From an uncultured Candidatus Rokubacteria bacterium (GTDB taxonomy: Bacteria; Methylomirabilota; Methylomirabilia; Rokubacteriales; DASRDR01), in assembly GCA_963826115.1 (NCBI GenBank), contig CAWGVS010000005.1, positions 672,001 to 736,000 on the forward strand: DNA of 64,000 nt, in the 5' to 3' direction. Below the pieces are notes generated by a model. The model was not told where the DNA came from, did not search any database, and saw nothing but the letters and a program-made list of their open reading frames with translations. The translations under genes and the position numbers were made by a program. Positions within the stretch are counted from its first letter, which is position 1. Each line of letters starts with the position of its first letter. Positions 17,589 to 29,640 of the stretch are shown here, piece after piece.

Positions 17589-18365
17589 ATGAGCGCCGCG
17601 CACACCGCCCTAGGTGCCTACCTGCGTCACGGTCGCGAGCGGTCCGGTCTCTCCCTGGAGGCCGTCTCCGCGGGCAGCCGGATCGTGCCGCGTCTCGTCG
17701 AGGCCCTCGAGGCTGATCGCGCGGACCTCCTGCCGGCGCCCGTGTACGTCCGCGGCTTCATCCGCGCGTACTGCGCGCAGGTCGGCGCGAACGTGGACGA
17801 GGCGCTGCGCCTCTACGACGCGCAGGCGATTCCCGACCCACCGCTGACGGTGGCCGCGACGCCATCCAAGACGCCGTCGCCCGCGCGCCGGTGGGGTCCC
17901 GTCGCCGTGGGCTCGCTCCTCGTGGTGACCCTCGGGATCGCGGGCGTTTTCCTCCTCGGGCGCCGACAGCCGGACGCGGGGGCGAGCCGCGGCGGACCCG
18001 AGACGCCGGCCGCCGCGCGTGCGCCGGCTCCGGCCGAGCGGCCTGCCGCGCCCGCCGCGGCGGCGAGCGAGCCCGTGGTGTCCGCGACGCCGACGCCGGG
18101 CCAGCCGGGCCGCGGCGAGCGCGTGCTCCTGGTCCGCGCCGTCGACACCACCTGGATCCGCGTCCAGCCCGACGGAGCGAGGGCGACCGAGGAGACGCTC
18201 GCGCCCGGCACGGTGCGGGAGTGGCGCAGCCCGGGTCGCTTCCACGTCACGCTCGGCAACGCGGGCGGCGTGGAGCTCGAGCTCGACGGTCAGGCGCTGC
18301 CCGCCCTGGGGGCGTCGGGCCAGGTCGTGCGCGACGCGATCGTGCCTGGCGAGCCGGCGCGGTGA
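17589..18365 (+). CDS. rodZ: RodZ-like protein (HTH - TM - DUF4115-like)
   Basis: LGAYLRHGRERSGLSL...LPAPVYVRGFIRAYC, one TM helix, C-terminal TWIRV..DG...LGNAGGVEL. Confidence 0.85.
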   Translation: MSAAHTALGAYLRHGRERSGLSLEAVSAGSRIVPRLVEALEADRADLLPAPVYVRGFIRAYCAQVGANVDEALRLYDAQAIPDPPLTVAATPSKTPSPARRWGPVAVGSLLVVTLGIAGVFLLGRRQPDAGASRGGPETPAAARAPAPAERPAAPAAAASEPVVSATPTPGQPGRGERVLLVRAVDTTWIRVQPDGARATEETLAPGTVREWRSPGRFHVTLGNAGGVELELDGQALPALGASGQVVRDAIVPGEPAR

Positions 18366-19279
18366 AGTTCCTCTCGGCGCTCGGCGACCGCCTGCGGGAC
18401 GGGCTCGGGAAGACGCGCGCCGCGTTCGAAGAGGGCTTCGCCCGGATCTTCAAGGGGCAGGAGCTCCAGGGCGAGACCGTGGAGGACCTCGAGGCGCTTC
18501 TCCTCCAGGCGGACCTCGGCCTGGAGATCGCCGAGGGATTCGTCGAGCGCGTCCGCGAGCAGTCGCGCGCGGGACGCCTGACGGACGGCGACGCGCGGAG
18601 CGCGCTCCGGGAGCATCTCCGCGAGGCCCTCGCCGGCGCCGGCGCGCCGCTCGCGCTCGACGCCCGACCCGCGGTGGTTCTCGTCGTCGGCGTGAACGGG
18701 TCCGGGAAGACCACGACGTGCGGGAAGCTCGCCTGGCGCCTCGGCCAGGAGGGGCATTCGGTCCTGCTGGGCGCGGGGGACACGTTCCGGGCCGCGGCGA
18801 TCGAGCAGCTCGAGCGCTGGGGCGAGCGGATCGGCGCCCCGGTGGTGAGCCAGGGTCCGGGCGCGGACACGTCGGCGGTCGCGTTCGACGCGGTGAAGGC
18901 CGCCCAGGCGCGCGGGTCCGAGGTCCTGATCGTCGACACCGCCGGCCGGCTCCACACGAAGTCGAACCTCATGGCGGAGCTGGCCAAGGTCAAGCGCGTG
19001 ATCGGCCGGCAGTGCCCGGGGGCGCCGCACGAGGTGCTCCTGGTCCTCGATGCGACCACGGGACAGAACGGGATCGCCCAGGCCCGCGTCTTCCACGAGA
19101 GCCTCGGGCTCACGGGTCTCGTGCTCACGAAGCTCGACGGCACCGCGAAGGGCGGCATCGTCGTCCGGATCTACCGGGAGCTCGGCGTCCCCATCAAGCT
19201 CGTCGCGACGGGGGAGAAGCCCGAGGACCTGGCGACGTTCGACCCCGACGCGTACGTCGACGCGCTGGTCGGAGTCTGA
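18362..19279 (+). CDS. ftsY: Signal recognition particle receptor FtsY
   Basis: GVNGSGKTTT, DTFRAAA, DTAGR, DATTGQNG, TKLDGTAKGG. Confidence 0.97.
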   Translation: MKFLSALGDRLRDGLGKTRAAFEEGFARIFKGQELQGETVEDLEALLLQADLGLEIAEGFVERVREQSRAGRLTDGDARSALREHLREALAGAGAPLALDARPAVVLVVGVNGSGKTTTCGKLAWRLGQEGHSVLLGAGDTFRAAAIEQLERWGERIGAPVVSQGPGADTSAVAFDAVKAAQARGSEVLIVDTAGRLHTKSNLMAELAKVKRVIGRQCPGAPHEVLLVLDATTGQNGIAQARVFHESLGLTGLVLTKLDGTAKGGIVVRIYRELGVPIKLVATGEKPEDLATFDPDAYVDALVGV

Positions 19280-19280
19280 C

Positions 19281-20399
19281 GTGAGGTGGGCTCCCGCCGG
19301 CGAGGGCCGCGACGCCCTCTGGATGGACCGGGCCCTCCGGCTGGCCGAGGGGGGCATCGGGCTCACCTCGCCGAATCCCGTGGTCGGCGCCGTGCTGGTG
19401 AAGGACGACCGCGTCGTCGGCGAAGGCGCGCACCTCCGCGCCGGCGGGCCGCACGCGGAGGCGGCGGCGCTGACCGTGGCCGGCCCCGCCGCCCGCGACG
19501 CGACGTGCTACGTGACGCTCGAGCCGTGCGCGCACTTCGGGCGGACGCCGCCGTGCGCGGACGCGCTGATCGCGGCGGGCGTCGCGCGCGTCGTGGTCGC
19601 CGTCGGGGATCCCTACCGCGAGGTCGACGGGCGGGGCGTGGCGCGGCTCCGCGCGGCGAGCGTGACGGTCGCCGTCGGCGTCCGCGAGACCGCGGCCCGC
19701 GCGCTGAACCGCGCCTTCTTCTGCGCGGTGACCGAGGGGCGGCCCCACGTCACGCTGAAGGCGGCGATGACGCTCGACGGCAAGATCGCCGCGGCGGACG
19801 GCGAGTCCCGGTGGATCACCGGCGAGGCCGCGCGACTCGAGGCTCACCGGCTCCGGTTCGCCGCGGACGCGGTGGTGGTCGGGATCGGCACGGTGCTGGC
19901 GGACGACCCCCGGCTGACCGTGCGGCATCCGGGCCTGCCCGCGAAGGAGCCGCTCCGCGTCGTCGTCGACAGCCGGCTCCGCACGCCCCCCGACGCGCGC
20001 GTCGTCCGCGCGGGCGATCCCTCGCGCACCGTCGTCGCCTGCGTCACGCCGGCGCCGCCCGGCCCGGCCGCCCGGCTCCGGCAGGCGGGTGTCCGGGTGC
20101 TCGAGCTGCCCGGCGACGCGGGGCGCGTGGACCTCCGCGCGCTCCTCGACGCGCTGCGTGCGATCGACGTCATCGCCGTGCTGGTGGAGGGAGGCGGGGA
20201 GCTCGGCGGCGCCCTCGTCGAGGCGGGCCTCGTGGACCGCGTGGCCTTCTTCGTGGCGCCGCGGCTTCTCGGCGGGCGCGAGGCGCCCGGGCCGCTCGGT
20301 GGCCGCGGCCGCGCGCTGAAGGACGCGCTGTCCCTCGTCGACGTGGTCACCCGGCGCCTCGGCGAGGACCTCCTCGTCGAGGGCGACGTCCGGCGCTAG
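19281..20399 (+). CDS. ribD: Riboflavin biosynthesis deaminase/reductase
   Basis: [37 protein letters not shown]. Alternative start ATG at 19323. Confidence 0.96.
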   Translation: MRWAPAGEGRDALWMDRALRLAEGGIGLTSPNPVVGAVLVKDDRVVGEGAHLRAGGPHAEAAALTVAGPAARDATCYVTLEPCAHFGRTPPCADALIAAGVARVVVAVGDPYREVDGRGVARLRAASVTVAVGVRETAARALNRAFFCAVTEGRPHVTLKAAMTLDGKIAAADGESRWITGEAARLEAHRLRFAADAVVVGIGTVLADDPRLTVRHPGLPAKEPLRVVVDSRLRTPPDARVVRAGDPSRTVVACVTPAPPGPAARLRQAGVRVLELPGDAGRVDLRALLDALRAIDVIAVLVEGGGELGGALVEAGLVDRVAFFVAPRLLGGREAPGPLGGRGRALKDALSLVDVVTRRLGEDLLVEGDVRR

Positions 20400-20401
20400 T
20401 C

Positions 20402-21052
20402 ATGTTCACGGGCATCGTCGAGGCGCTCGGTCGCGTGGCGACCGTGGAGACCGCGGGCCTGGGCCGCCGGCTGGGGATTGCGGTGCCGGACGACGCGAGC
20501 TGGCGGCTCGGGCTCGGAGAGAGCGTGGCCGTGAGCGGCGTGTGTCTCACCGTGGTGGCGGCGTCGGGCGGCCGGCTCGGGTTCGACCTGGCGGAGGAGA
20601 CGGTGCGCGTGACGACGCTCGGCGGCCTCGGTGTCGGAGACCCCGTGAACCTCGAGCGGCCGCTCCGCTTCGACGGCCGCCTCGGCGGCCACCTCGTGCT
20701 GGGGCACGTGGACGGCGTGGGCCGGGTCACGGCCGTGCGCCCGGAGGGCGAGGGCACGCGGGTGGACGTGGAGACGCCGGGGCAGCTCCGGCCGCTCCTG
20801 ATCCCGAAGGGGTCGGTGACGGTGGACGGGGTGAGCCTGACGGTGGCCGCGCTCGAGGCGGACGGCTTCGCCGTCGCCCTGATCCCCCACACGCTCGCCG
20901 TGACCACGCTGGGCCGGCGACGTCCCGGGGATCCCGTCAACCTGGAGATGGACGTGATCGGGAAGTACGTGCGAGGCTTCGTCGAGCGCTGGCAGGCGTC
21001 GCCGCGCGGACCGCAGGGGGAGCGGGTGGACGCGGCAAGGAGGGAGTCATGA
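20402..21052 (+). CDS. ribE: Riboflavin synthase (alpha)
   Basis: MFTGIVE start, [25 protein letters not shown]. Confidence 0.96.
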   Translation: MFTGIVEALGRVATVETAGLGRRLGIAVPDDASWRLGLGESVAVSGVCLTVVAASGGRLGFDLAEETVRVTTLGGLGVGDPVNLERPLRFDGRLGGHLVLGHVDGVGRVTAVRPEGEGTRVDVETPGQLRPLLIPKGSVTVDGVSLTVAALEADGFAVALIPHTLAVTTLGRRRPGDPVNLEMDVIGKYVRGFVERWQASPRGPQGERVDAARRES

Positions 21053-22278
21053 CCGAGGGTGAGCGCGGGCGGCCGGGCTTCTCGTCGATCGCGGAGGCGA
21101 TCGCCGACATCCGCCAGGGGCGGATGGTCGTGGTGGTCGACGACGAGGACCGGGAGAACGAGGGCGACTTCCTGATGGCGGCGGACCGGGTGACGCCGGA
21201 GGCCATCAACTTCATGGCCCGGCACGGGCGCGGCCTGATCTGCGTGCCCATGACGGGCGAGCGCCTGGACGAGCTCCGGATCAGCATGATGGTGGCGGAC
21301 AACACCGCGTCCATGGGCACGGCGTTCACGGTGACCGTCGACGCCAAGCGGGGCGTGACGACCGGCACCTCCGCCTACGACCGGGCGCTCACCGTCAAGG
21401 CGCTCGTCGACCTCGGGACGCGGGCCGAGGACCTCGCCCGGCCCGGCCACATCCTGCCGCTCCGGTCCATGCCCGGCGGCGTGCTCCGTCGCGCCGGCCA
21501 CACGGAGGCGGCGGTCGATCTCGCGCGCCTCGCCGGCTGCTCGGAGGCCGGCGTGATCTGCGAGATCATGGACGAGCAGGGCGGGATGGCCCGGCTTCCG
21601 GAGCTCTTCGCGATCGCCCGCCAGCACGGGCTCCACGTCATCACGATCAAGGACCTGATCCGGTACCGGATCCAGAAGGACAAGCTCGTGCGGCGTGCGG
21701 CCACGACGCTCGTGCCCACCGCGCACGGGTCATTCGCGGCGATCGCCTACGAGACGACGGTGGACGACCGCGTGGTCCTGGCGCTCACCATGGGCGAGGT
21801 CCGCGGCGACGACCCCATCCTGGTTCGGATGCACTCGGAGTGCCTCACCGGCGACGTGTTCGGCTCGCAGCGCTGCGACTGCGGGGAGCAGCTCAACAAG
21901 GCGCTCGCCATCATCGCCGCGCAGGGCCGCGGGGTCCTCGTGTACCTCCGCCAGGAGGGGCGTGGCATCGGCCTCCTCAACAAGATGCGCGCGTACGAGC
22001 TCCAGGATCAGGGCAAGGACACGGTGGAGGCGAACGAGGCTCTCGGGTTCAAGGCCGACCTCCGCGACTACGGGATCGGCGCCCAGATCCTCGTCGACCT
22101 GGGCATCCGGTCGATGCGTCTGCTGACCAACAACCCGAAGAAGATCGTCGGCCTCGAGGGCTACGGCCTGCACGTCGTCGAGCGGGTGCCCGTCGAGACC
22201 CCGCCCTCGGAGACGAACCGCTTCTACCTGCGGACGAAGCACGACAAGCTGGGTCACCTCTTCTCCGACCGGCCCTAG
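21049..22278 (+). CDS. ribBA: DHBP synthase / GTP cyclohydrolase II
   Basis: [49 protein letters not shown]. Confidence 0.97.
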   Translation: MTEGERGRPGFSSIAEAIADIRQGRMVVVVDDEDRENEGDFLMAADRVTPEAINFMARHGRGLICVPMTGERLDELRISMMVADNTASMGTAFTVTVDAKRGVTTGTSAYDRALTVKALVDLGTRAEDLARPGHILPLRSMPGGVLRRAGHTEAAVDLARLAGCSEAGVICEIMDEQGGMARLPELFAIARQHGLHVITIKDLIRYRIQKDKLVRRAATTLVPTAHGSFAAIAYETTVDDRVVLALTMGEVRGDDPILVRMHSECLTGDVFGSQRCDCGEQLNKALAIIAAQGRGVLVYLRQEGRGIGLLNKMRAYELQDQGKDTVEANEALGFKADLRDYGIGAQILVDLGIRSMRLLTNNPKKIVGLEGYGLHVVERVPVETPPSETNRFYLRTKHDKLGHLFSDRP

Positions 22279-22285
22279 GACGGAG

Positions 22286-22807
22286 ATGGCCGGCCCCGCC
22301 CCTGCTCCCGCACCGCGCCTCCGGGCCACCGGGCGGCGCGTCGTCATCGTGGCCTCGCGTTTCCACGAGGCCATCAGCCGGCGCCTCGCGGAGGGCGCGC
22401 GGGCGGCCCTCCTCCGCCATGGCGTCCGGCCCGGTGACGTGTCGGTCGTGTGGGTGCCCGGGGCGTTCGAGCTGCCCCAGGCCGCGGCGCGCCTCGCCGC
22501 CGCGGGCGGCGTCGACGCGCTGGTGTGCGTCGGGTGCGTCATCCGCGGGGAGACGCCGCACTTCGACTACGTGGCCGGCGAGGCCGCCCGCGGCATCTCG
22601 GAGGTCGGGCGCTCGACCGGCATCCCGACCACCTTCGGGCTGATCACCGCCAACACGCAGGAGCAGGCGGAGGCCCGGGCGGGCGGGACGGTGGGGAACC
22701 GCGGCGAGGAGGCGGCCCTCGCCGCGCTCGAGCTCCTCGGGCTCTTCGCGGGCCTTCCCGCGCGCGGGCGCCGGGCGCGGCCCGCCGCGCGGCGGCGGGG
22801 GCGCTGA
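22286..22807 (+). CDS. ribH: 6,7-dimethyl-8-ribityllumazine synthase
   Basis: VPGAFELP, GCVIRGETPHFDYVA. Confidence 0.96.
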   Translation: MAGPAPAPAPRLRATGRRVVIVASRFHEAISRRLAEGARAALLRHGVRPGDVSVVWVPGAFELPQAAARLAAAGGVDALVCVGCVIRGETPHFDYVAGEAARGISEVGRSTGIPTTFGLITANTQEQAEARAGGTVGNRGEEAALAALELLGLFAGLPARGRRARPAARRRGR

Positions 22808-22812
22808 GCGAC

Positions 22813-23223
22813 GTGGGGCGCCGGCGCCAGGCCCGGGAGTGCGCGCTCCAGCTCCTCTACGAGCTGGACGTCCGGGGGGATTCGGATCCCGGGCCGGTGC
22901 TCGACGCGTTCTGGCAGCGGCAGCCCGTGCCCGAGGACGTGCGGACGTTCGCCGACGCGCTGGTCCGCGGTGTCGCCGCCCACCGGCCGAAGATCGACGA
23001 GCTGATCGTGCGCTTCGCCGAGCACTGGGAGCTCGACCGGATGGCCGTCGTGGACCGCAACGTCCTCAGAGCGGGGATCTGGGAGCTGCTCTGGGGCGTC
23101 GACGTCCCTCCCAAGGTCGCGATCAACGAGGCGCTCGAGATCGCGCGGCGCTTCTCGACCGAGGAGTCGACCGGCTTCATCAACGGGCTCCTCGACCGGG
23201 TTCGCCGGGAGCTCTGCCCGTAG
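22813..23223 (+). CDS. nusB: Transcription antitermination factor NusB
   Basis: RRQARECALQLLY, WELDRMAVVDRNVLR, VAINEA, FINGLLD. Confidence 0.95.
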   Translation: MGRRRQARECALQLLYELDVRGDSDPGPVLDAFWQRQPVPEDVRTFADALVRGVAAHRPKIDELIVRFAEHWELDRMAVVDRNVLRAGIWELLWGVDVPPKVAINEALEIARRFSTEESTGFINGLLDRVRRELCP

Positions 23224-24791
23224 GGTTCCTTCGCCGCGCGCGAGGGACGGACGCCGGCCCCGCCGCGGCGAGCGACGGGCCGCCGGCCGAGCGATGGCGC
23301 CGCATCGCCGTCGCGGCCGCGGCCGGCTTCGCGATGCACCTCGCGTTTCCCCGTCCGGGCTGGGACCTCCTGGGCTGGGTGGCGCTGGCGCCCGTTCTCG
23401 CCCTGGCCGCGACGGCCCGCTCGCCGCGGGGCGCGCTCCTCGAGGGCTGGGTCGCCGGCGTCGCGTTCTTCCTGCCGCTCCTCCGCTGGCTCACGCACAC
23501 GATGACGACCTTCTCCCCGATGCCGATGCCGGTGGCTGTCCTCGTCATCCTCGCCATGGCGGGGTACCTCGGTCTCTACTGGGGCGGGACGGCGTGGACC
23601 CTGGCCTGGCTCCGCGCGCGACTCGGGGCGCGGGCGCTGTGGCTCGCGCCGGCCGTCTGGGTGGCCGGGGAGCTCGGCCGCGCGTACTTCATCACCGGGT
23701 TCCCGTGGGGACTCCTCGGCTACGTGCCGTCGCGACGGCTCCTCGTGATCCAGCTGGCCGCGTGGACCGGGGTCTACGGCGTCTCGGCCCTGGTGGTGCT
23801 CGTCAACACGGCCTTGGCCTGGATCATGGTCGAGCGTCGGGGCCGCGCCGCCGCCGCCGCGCTCGCCGTCTCCGCGGTCGCGGTGGGGGGCGCGCTCCTC
23901 GTGGGGCAGGCGCACCTGGCGGCGCCCGGCGGGCCGACGCTACCCGTCGCCGTGGTGCAGGGGAACATTCCGCAGGCGGTGAAGTGGGACGCGGCCTACA
24001 AGGCGGAGACGCTTCGCGTCTACGGCGAGCTGACGCGCGCGGCCGCGCCGGGCAGCCGGCTCGTCGTGTGGCCGGAGGCCGCGATGCCGGCGTACGTCCG
24101 GTTCGAGCCCGCGGCGATGCTCTGGCTGACCGCGCTCGCGGCCGACGTGCGCGTCCCGCTCCTGGTGGGCGCGCCCGACGCGGAGCCCGAGGGGAAGCGC
24201 ATGCGGTATCTCAACAGCGCGTTCCTCGTGGATCCGTCGGGGCTTCGCGCTCGCTATGATAAGATCCACCTGGTGCCGTTCGGGGAGTACGTGCCCTTGA
24301 AGCGGCTCCTCTTTTTCGTGGAGGCCATCGCCGCCGAGATCGGGGACTTCACGCCCGGCCGGCAGGTGGCGGTTCTCCCGCTGGAGGGCGCGCCGTTTGG
24401 CACGGTCATCTGCTACGAGGTCATCTTCCCCGGTCTGTTCCGGCGGTTCGTCGCGGAGGGCGCAGTCTTCATGACCAACATCACCAACGACGCGTGGTTC
24501 GGCGACTCGGGCGGGCCGCTCCAGCACCTCCAGATGGTGCCGCTCCGGGCGGTCGAGAACGGGATCGCGATCGCGCGCGCCGCGAACACCGGGGTGTCGG
24601 CCTTCGTCATGCCGTCGGGGGAGATCCGGGCGACCCTCCCGCTCAACACGCGCGGGACCCTCCGGGCCGACGTCCCGATCCGTCGCGGCACGACCTTCTA
24701 CACGCGCTTCGGCGACCTCTTCGCCTGTGCGTGCGCGGCCATCGCCGGGGCGGCCCTCGTCGCGGGGCTCGCCGCGGGGCGCCGAGGCTAG
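23214..24791 (+). CDS. lnt: Apolipoprotein N-acyltransferase (start uncertain: CTG 23214 or ATG 23334)
   Basis: GFPWGLLGY, VQGNIPQ, WPEAA, YDKIHLVPFGEYVP, ICYE, TNDAWFG, RAANTGVS. Confidence 0.93.
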   Translation: MPVGFLRRARGTDAGPAAASDGPPAERWRRIAVAAAAGFAMHLAFPRPGWDLLGWVALAPVLALAATARSPRGALLEGWVAGVAFFLPLLRWLTHTMTTFSPMPMPVAVLVILAMAGYLGLYWGGTAWTLAWLRARLGARALWLAPAVWVAGELGRAYFITGFPWGLLGYVPSRRLLVIQLAAWTGVYGVSALVVLVNTALAWIMVERRGRAAAAALAVSAVAVGGALLVGQAHLAAPGGPTLPVAVVQGNIPQAVKWDAAYKAETLRVYGELTRAAAPGSRLVVWPEAAMPAYVRFEPAAMLWLTALAADVRVPLLVGAPDAEPEGKRMRYLNSAFLVDPSGLRARYDKIHLVPFGEYVPLKRLLFFVEAIAAEIGDFTPGRQVAVLPLEGAPFGTVICYEVIFPGLFRRFVAEGAVFMTNITNDAWFGDSGGPLQHLQMVPLRAVENGIAIARAANTGVSAFVMPSGEIRATLPLNTRGTLRADVPIRRGTTFYTRFGDLFACACAAIAGAALVAGLAAGRRG

Positions 24792-24795
24792 GGGC

Positions 24796-25891
24796 GTGCT
24801 GGGCGAGCTCCGGCGCGAGTTCGTGGACGTCGAGCGACGGCTCGACGACCTTCGGGGGCATCTTTGACCTGCTTTCGAAGGAAACGCGCATCGCCGCCAT
24901 CGACGCGGAGATGGCGAGCGCGGGGTTCTGGGACGACAGCCGACGGGCGCAGGGGCTGGTCCGCGAGCGCAACGATCTTTCGCGCCTCGTCGGGCGGTCG
25001 GGGGAGCTCTCGCGCGAGCTCACGGACCTCCGCACCCTCTGGGAGATGGCCCTCGAGGAGAGCGACGAGAGCCTCGAGCCCGAGATCCAGTCGAACCTCC
25101 AGCGTCTGCGCAAGGAGCTCCAGGACTTCGAGCTGACGGTCGTCCTGTCCGGCGACCACGACCGGAAGAACTCGATCCTCTCCATCCACGCCGGGGCCGG
25201 TGGCACCGAGTCGCAGGACTGGGCCCAGATGCTCCTCCGCATGTACACGCGCTGGACGGAGCGGCGAGGCTACAAGGTCGAGGTGGTCGACCTCCTGCCG
25301 GGCGACGAGGCGGGGATCAAGTCGGCCACCCTCGAGATCACCGGCGACTACGCCTACGGCTATCTGAAGGGCGAGACCGGCGTCCACCGGCTGGTGCGGA
25401 TCTCGCCGTTCGACGCCGCCAAGCGCCGCCACACGTCGTTCGCCTCGGTCGCGGTCATGCCGGAGGTCGAGGACATCGAGGTCGTGGTCCGCGACGACGA
25501 GATCCGCGTGGACGTCTTCCGCGCCTCCGGCCCCGGCGGCCAGGGCGTCAACACCGCGGACTCGGCGGTGCGCCTCACGCACCTGCCGACCGGGATCGTG
25601 GTGTCGTGCCAGAACGAGCGCTCGCAGCTCCGGAACCGGGACACGGCGATGCGCGTCCTCCGGGCGCGGCTGTACCAGGTCGCGGACCAGAAGCGGAAGA
25701 CGGAGCTCGAGCAGCTGACGGGCGACAAGAAGGAGATCGCGTTCGGGAGCCAGATCCGCTCGTACGTGTTCGCGCCCTACCAGCTCATCAAGGACCACCG
25801 GACTGCCGTCGAGATCGGCAACGTGGACGCGGTCATGGACGGGGACATCGACCCGTTCATCGAGGCGTTCCTGTTCGCCGGGCGGAGGTAG
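24796..25891 (+). CDS. prfB: Peptide chain release factor 2 with programmed +1 frameshift
   Basis: GTG at 24796 runs 23 codons to CTT TGA C (24862-24868); the +1 frame holds SPF and GGQ motifs. Confidence 0.97.
24853..24868 (+). promoter_or_regulatory. RF2 autoregulatory +1 frameshift site with internal Shine-Dalgarno-like sequence
   Basis: CGGGGGCATCTTTGAC versus the canonical AGGGGGTATCTTTGAC. Confidence 0.95.
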
Positions 25892-25894
25892 GGC

Positions 25895-27480
<1,586 letters not shown>

Positions 27481-27484
<4 letters not shown>

Positions 27485-28713
27485 GGGTGCGGCGGGGCAT
27501 GCCCTTCGAGCTCCTCATCGGGCTCCGGTATCTCCGGTCGAAGGGCGGGCGCGGGTTCCTCTCGCTCCTCACGATCATCGCCATGGCCGGCATGGCAATC
27601 GGCGTGATGGCGCTCATCGTGGTCCTGGCCGTCATGTCCGGCTTCGAGGACGAGCTCCGGAGCAAGATCCTCGGGACGACCTCGCACATCCTCGTGATGG
27701 ACGTGAGCGGGCGCGGGATCCAGGATCCCGCGAAGGCGGTGGAGGCCATCCGCGCCAACCCCGAGGTCCGGTCCGCCGCGCCGTTCGTGCTCCAGCAGGT
27801 CATGCTCTCGCGCGGCGACTCCGCGACGGGCGTGGTGCTGCGCGGGATCGATCCGGAGACCGAGCGGCAGGAGCTCCAGGTCCGGGTCAAGCAGGGGAAC
27901 CTCGGCGACCTCGCGGGCCCCGAGCCCGCGATCGCTCTCGGCCGCGAGCTGGCGCGGACGCTGGGCGCCTTCGTGGGGGACGAGGTGGTGGCGATCTCGC
28001 CCCGGGGCGCGGTGACCGCGGTGGGCACCATCCCGAAGATGCGGCCGCTCCGCGTCGTCGCCGTCTTCGAGATCGGCCTCTACGAGTACGACTCGGCCCT
28101 CGCGTACACCTCCATCCAGACCGCGCAGCAGTTCGCGGAGATGGGCACGCGCGTGTCCGGCATCGAGGTCCGGCTCGTCGACGTCTACCAGGCGCGCCGG
28201 GTGTCGCGGGAGATCGGGGCGAAGCTCGGGATGCCCTACTGGACCCGGGACTGGACGGAGATGAATCGGAACCTCTTCTCGGCGATCCAGCTCGAGAAGA
28301 CCGCGATGTTCGTGATCCTGACCCTCATCATCTTCGTCGCGGCGTTCGCGATCATCAGCCACCTCATCCTGATGGTGGCCGAGAAGCGACGGGAGATCGG
28401 CGTGCTGCGGGCCCTCGGGGCCTCGGGCCGCAGCATCACGCTCGTGTTCATGGCCGAGGGCGTCCTGATCGGGTTCGTCGGGACCGTGGTGGGCACCGTC
28501 CTCGGCCTCACGATCGGGCTCGTCCAGGACCGCTACCACATCGTGAAGATTCCGGGTGACGTCTACCAGCTCTCGGAGCTGCCGATGAAGATGCACCCGC
28601 CGGAGATGATCCTGATCGCGGTGGCGGCGCTGGCGCTCTCCTTCCTGGCCACCATCTACCCCTCGCGCCAGGCCGCGCGGCTCCATCCGGTGGACGTGCT
28701 CCGGTATGAGTGA
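27481..28713 (+). CDS. lolE: Lipoprotein-releasing ABC transporter permease (LolC/E/F family)
   Basis: [52 protein letters not shown]. Alternative ATG at 27499. Confidence 0.92.
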
Positions 28714-29437
28714 GACGCCGGCCCCGTACCGCGTCGAGCGGCCGCCGGCCGAGGCGCACGCCCCGCTCCTCGTGGCCCAGGGAGTCGAGAAGGAGTACCG
28801 CACGAAGGCCGAACCGCTCCGGGTGCTGAAGGGTGTCAACCTCACGGTCCACGAGGGCGAGCTGGTCGCGGTGGTGGGCGCCTCGGGCATCGGGAAGTCG
28901 ACGCTCCTCCACGTCATGGGCGCGCTCGACCGCCCGACCGCCGGGTCGGTCTGGTTCCGGGGCGAGGACCTCTTCGCCCGGTCGGAGGCGGACCTGACGC
29001 GGTTCCGGCGGGAGGAGGTCGGCTTCGTCTTCCAGCTCTACAACCTCCTGACGGACTTCTCCGCGCTCGAGAACGCCATGCTCCCCGCGCTCATCCAGCG
29101 TCGGCCCGCGTCCGAGGCGCATGCCCTCGCGATGGACGCCCTCCGAGAGGTCGGCCTCCTGGAGCGCGTCGGCCACCGGCCCGGTGAGCTCTCGGGCGGC
29201 GAGCAGCAGCGGGTTGCCCTCGCGCGGGCGCTCGTGGGCCGTCCGGCCATGATCCTCGCCGACGAGCCCACCGGGAACCTCGATCCCAAGACGAGCCAGG
29301 ACGTCTTCGAGCTGTTCGCGCGCCTCCAGGCCGAGCGCGGGATGGCGTTCGTCATCGCGACGCACAACCTGGACCTGGCGCGTCGCGCCGACCGCCTCGT
29401 CCGGCTCGTCGACGGGCGCGCGATCGTCGAGGGCTGA
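28706..29437 (+). CDS. lolD: Lipoprotein-releasing ABC transporter ATP-binding subunit
   Basis: GASGIGKST, GFVFQ, LSGGEQQR, ADEPTGNLD. Confidence 0.93.
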   Translation: MSETPAPYRVERPPAEAHAPLLVAQGVEKEYRTKAEPLRVLKGVNLTVHEGELVAVVGASGIGKSTLLHVMGALDRPTAGSVWFRGEDLFARSEADLTRFRREEVGFVFQLYNLLTDFSALENAMLPALIQRRPASEAHALAMDALREVGLLERVGHRPGELSGGEQQRVALARALVGRPAMILADEPTGNLDPKTSQDVFELFARLQAERGMAFVIATHNLDLARRADRLVRLVDGRAIVEG

Positions 29438-29440
29438 CCG

Positions 29441-29484
29441 CCCGACGCCTCGTCCGGGGTGTCGGGAGGGCCCGATTGGGCCCT
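29441..29484 (+). terminator. Tandem GC-rich hairpins after lolD (terminator/pause or RNA-stability element)
   Basis: CCCGACGCCTC-GTCC-GGGGTGTCGGG followed by AGGGCCC-GATT-GGGCCCT; no U-tract. Confidence 0.4.
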
Positions 29485-29534
29485 AAGTGCCGGCCGGATG
29501 GTCGAAATTTTCCGTGAGGCCTCGACGGGCCATG

Positions 29535-29540
29535 TATAAT
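29535..29540 (+). promoter_or_regulatory. Consensus -10 box (TATAAT) upstream of clpC
   Basis: Perfect TATAAT in a very GC-rich intergenic gap, about 100 nt before the start; no good -35. Confidence 0.55.
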
Positions 29541-29640
29541 GACGCCCGGGAGTTGGCGAGCGCGCCCCGTGCCGATCCCGGGGATGGGCGCGCGCCGCCC
29601 GGTCGCCCGGCGCCGGGATGCCGGGCCTGGAGGAGGCCAC

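Noticed and set aside
19200-19330. FMN riboswitch ahead of the rib genes
   Set aside because: ribD begins 1-43 nt after the ftsY stop, leaving no room, and no RFN consensus is present.
24862-24868. prfB as a pseudogene or sequencing error
   Set aside because: It matches the canonical programmed frameshift motif.
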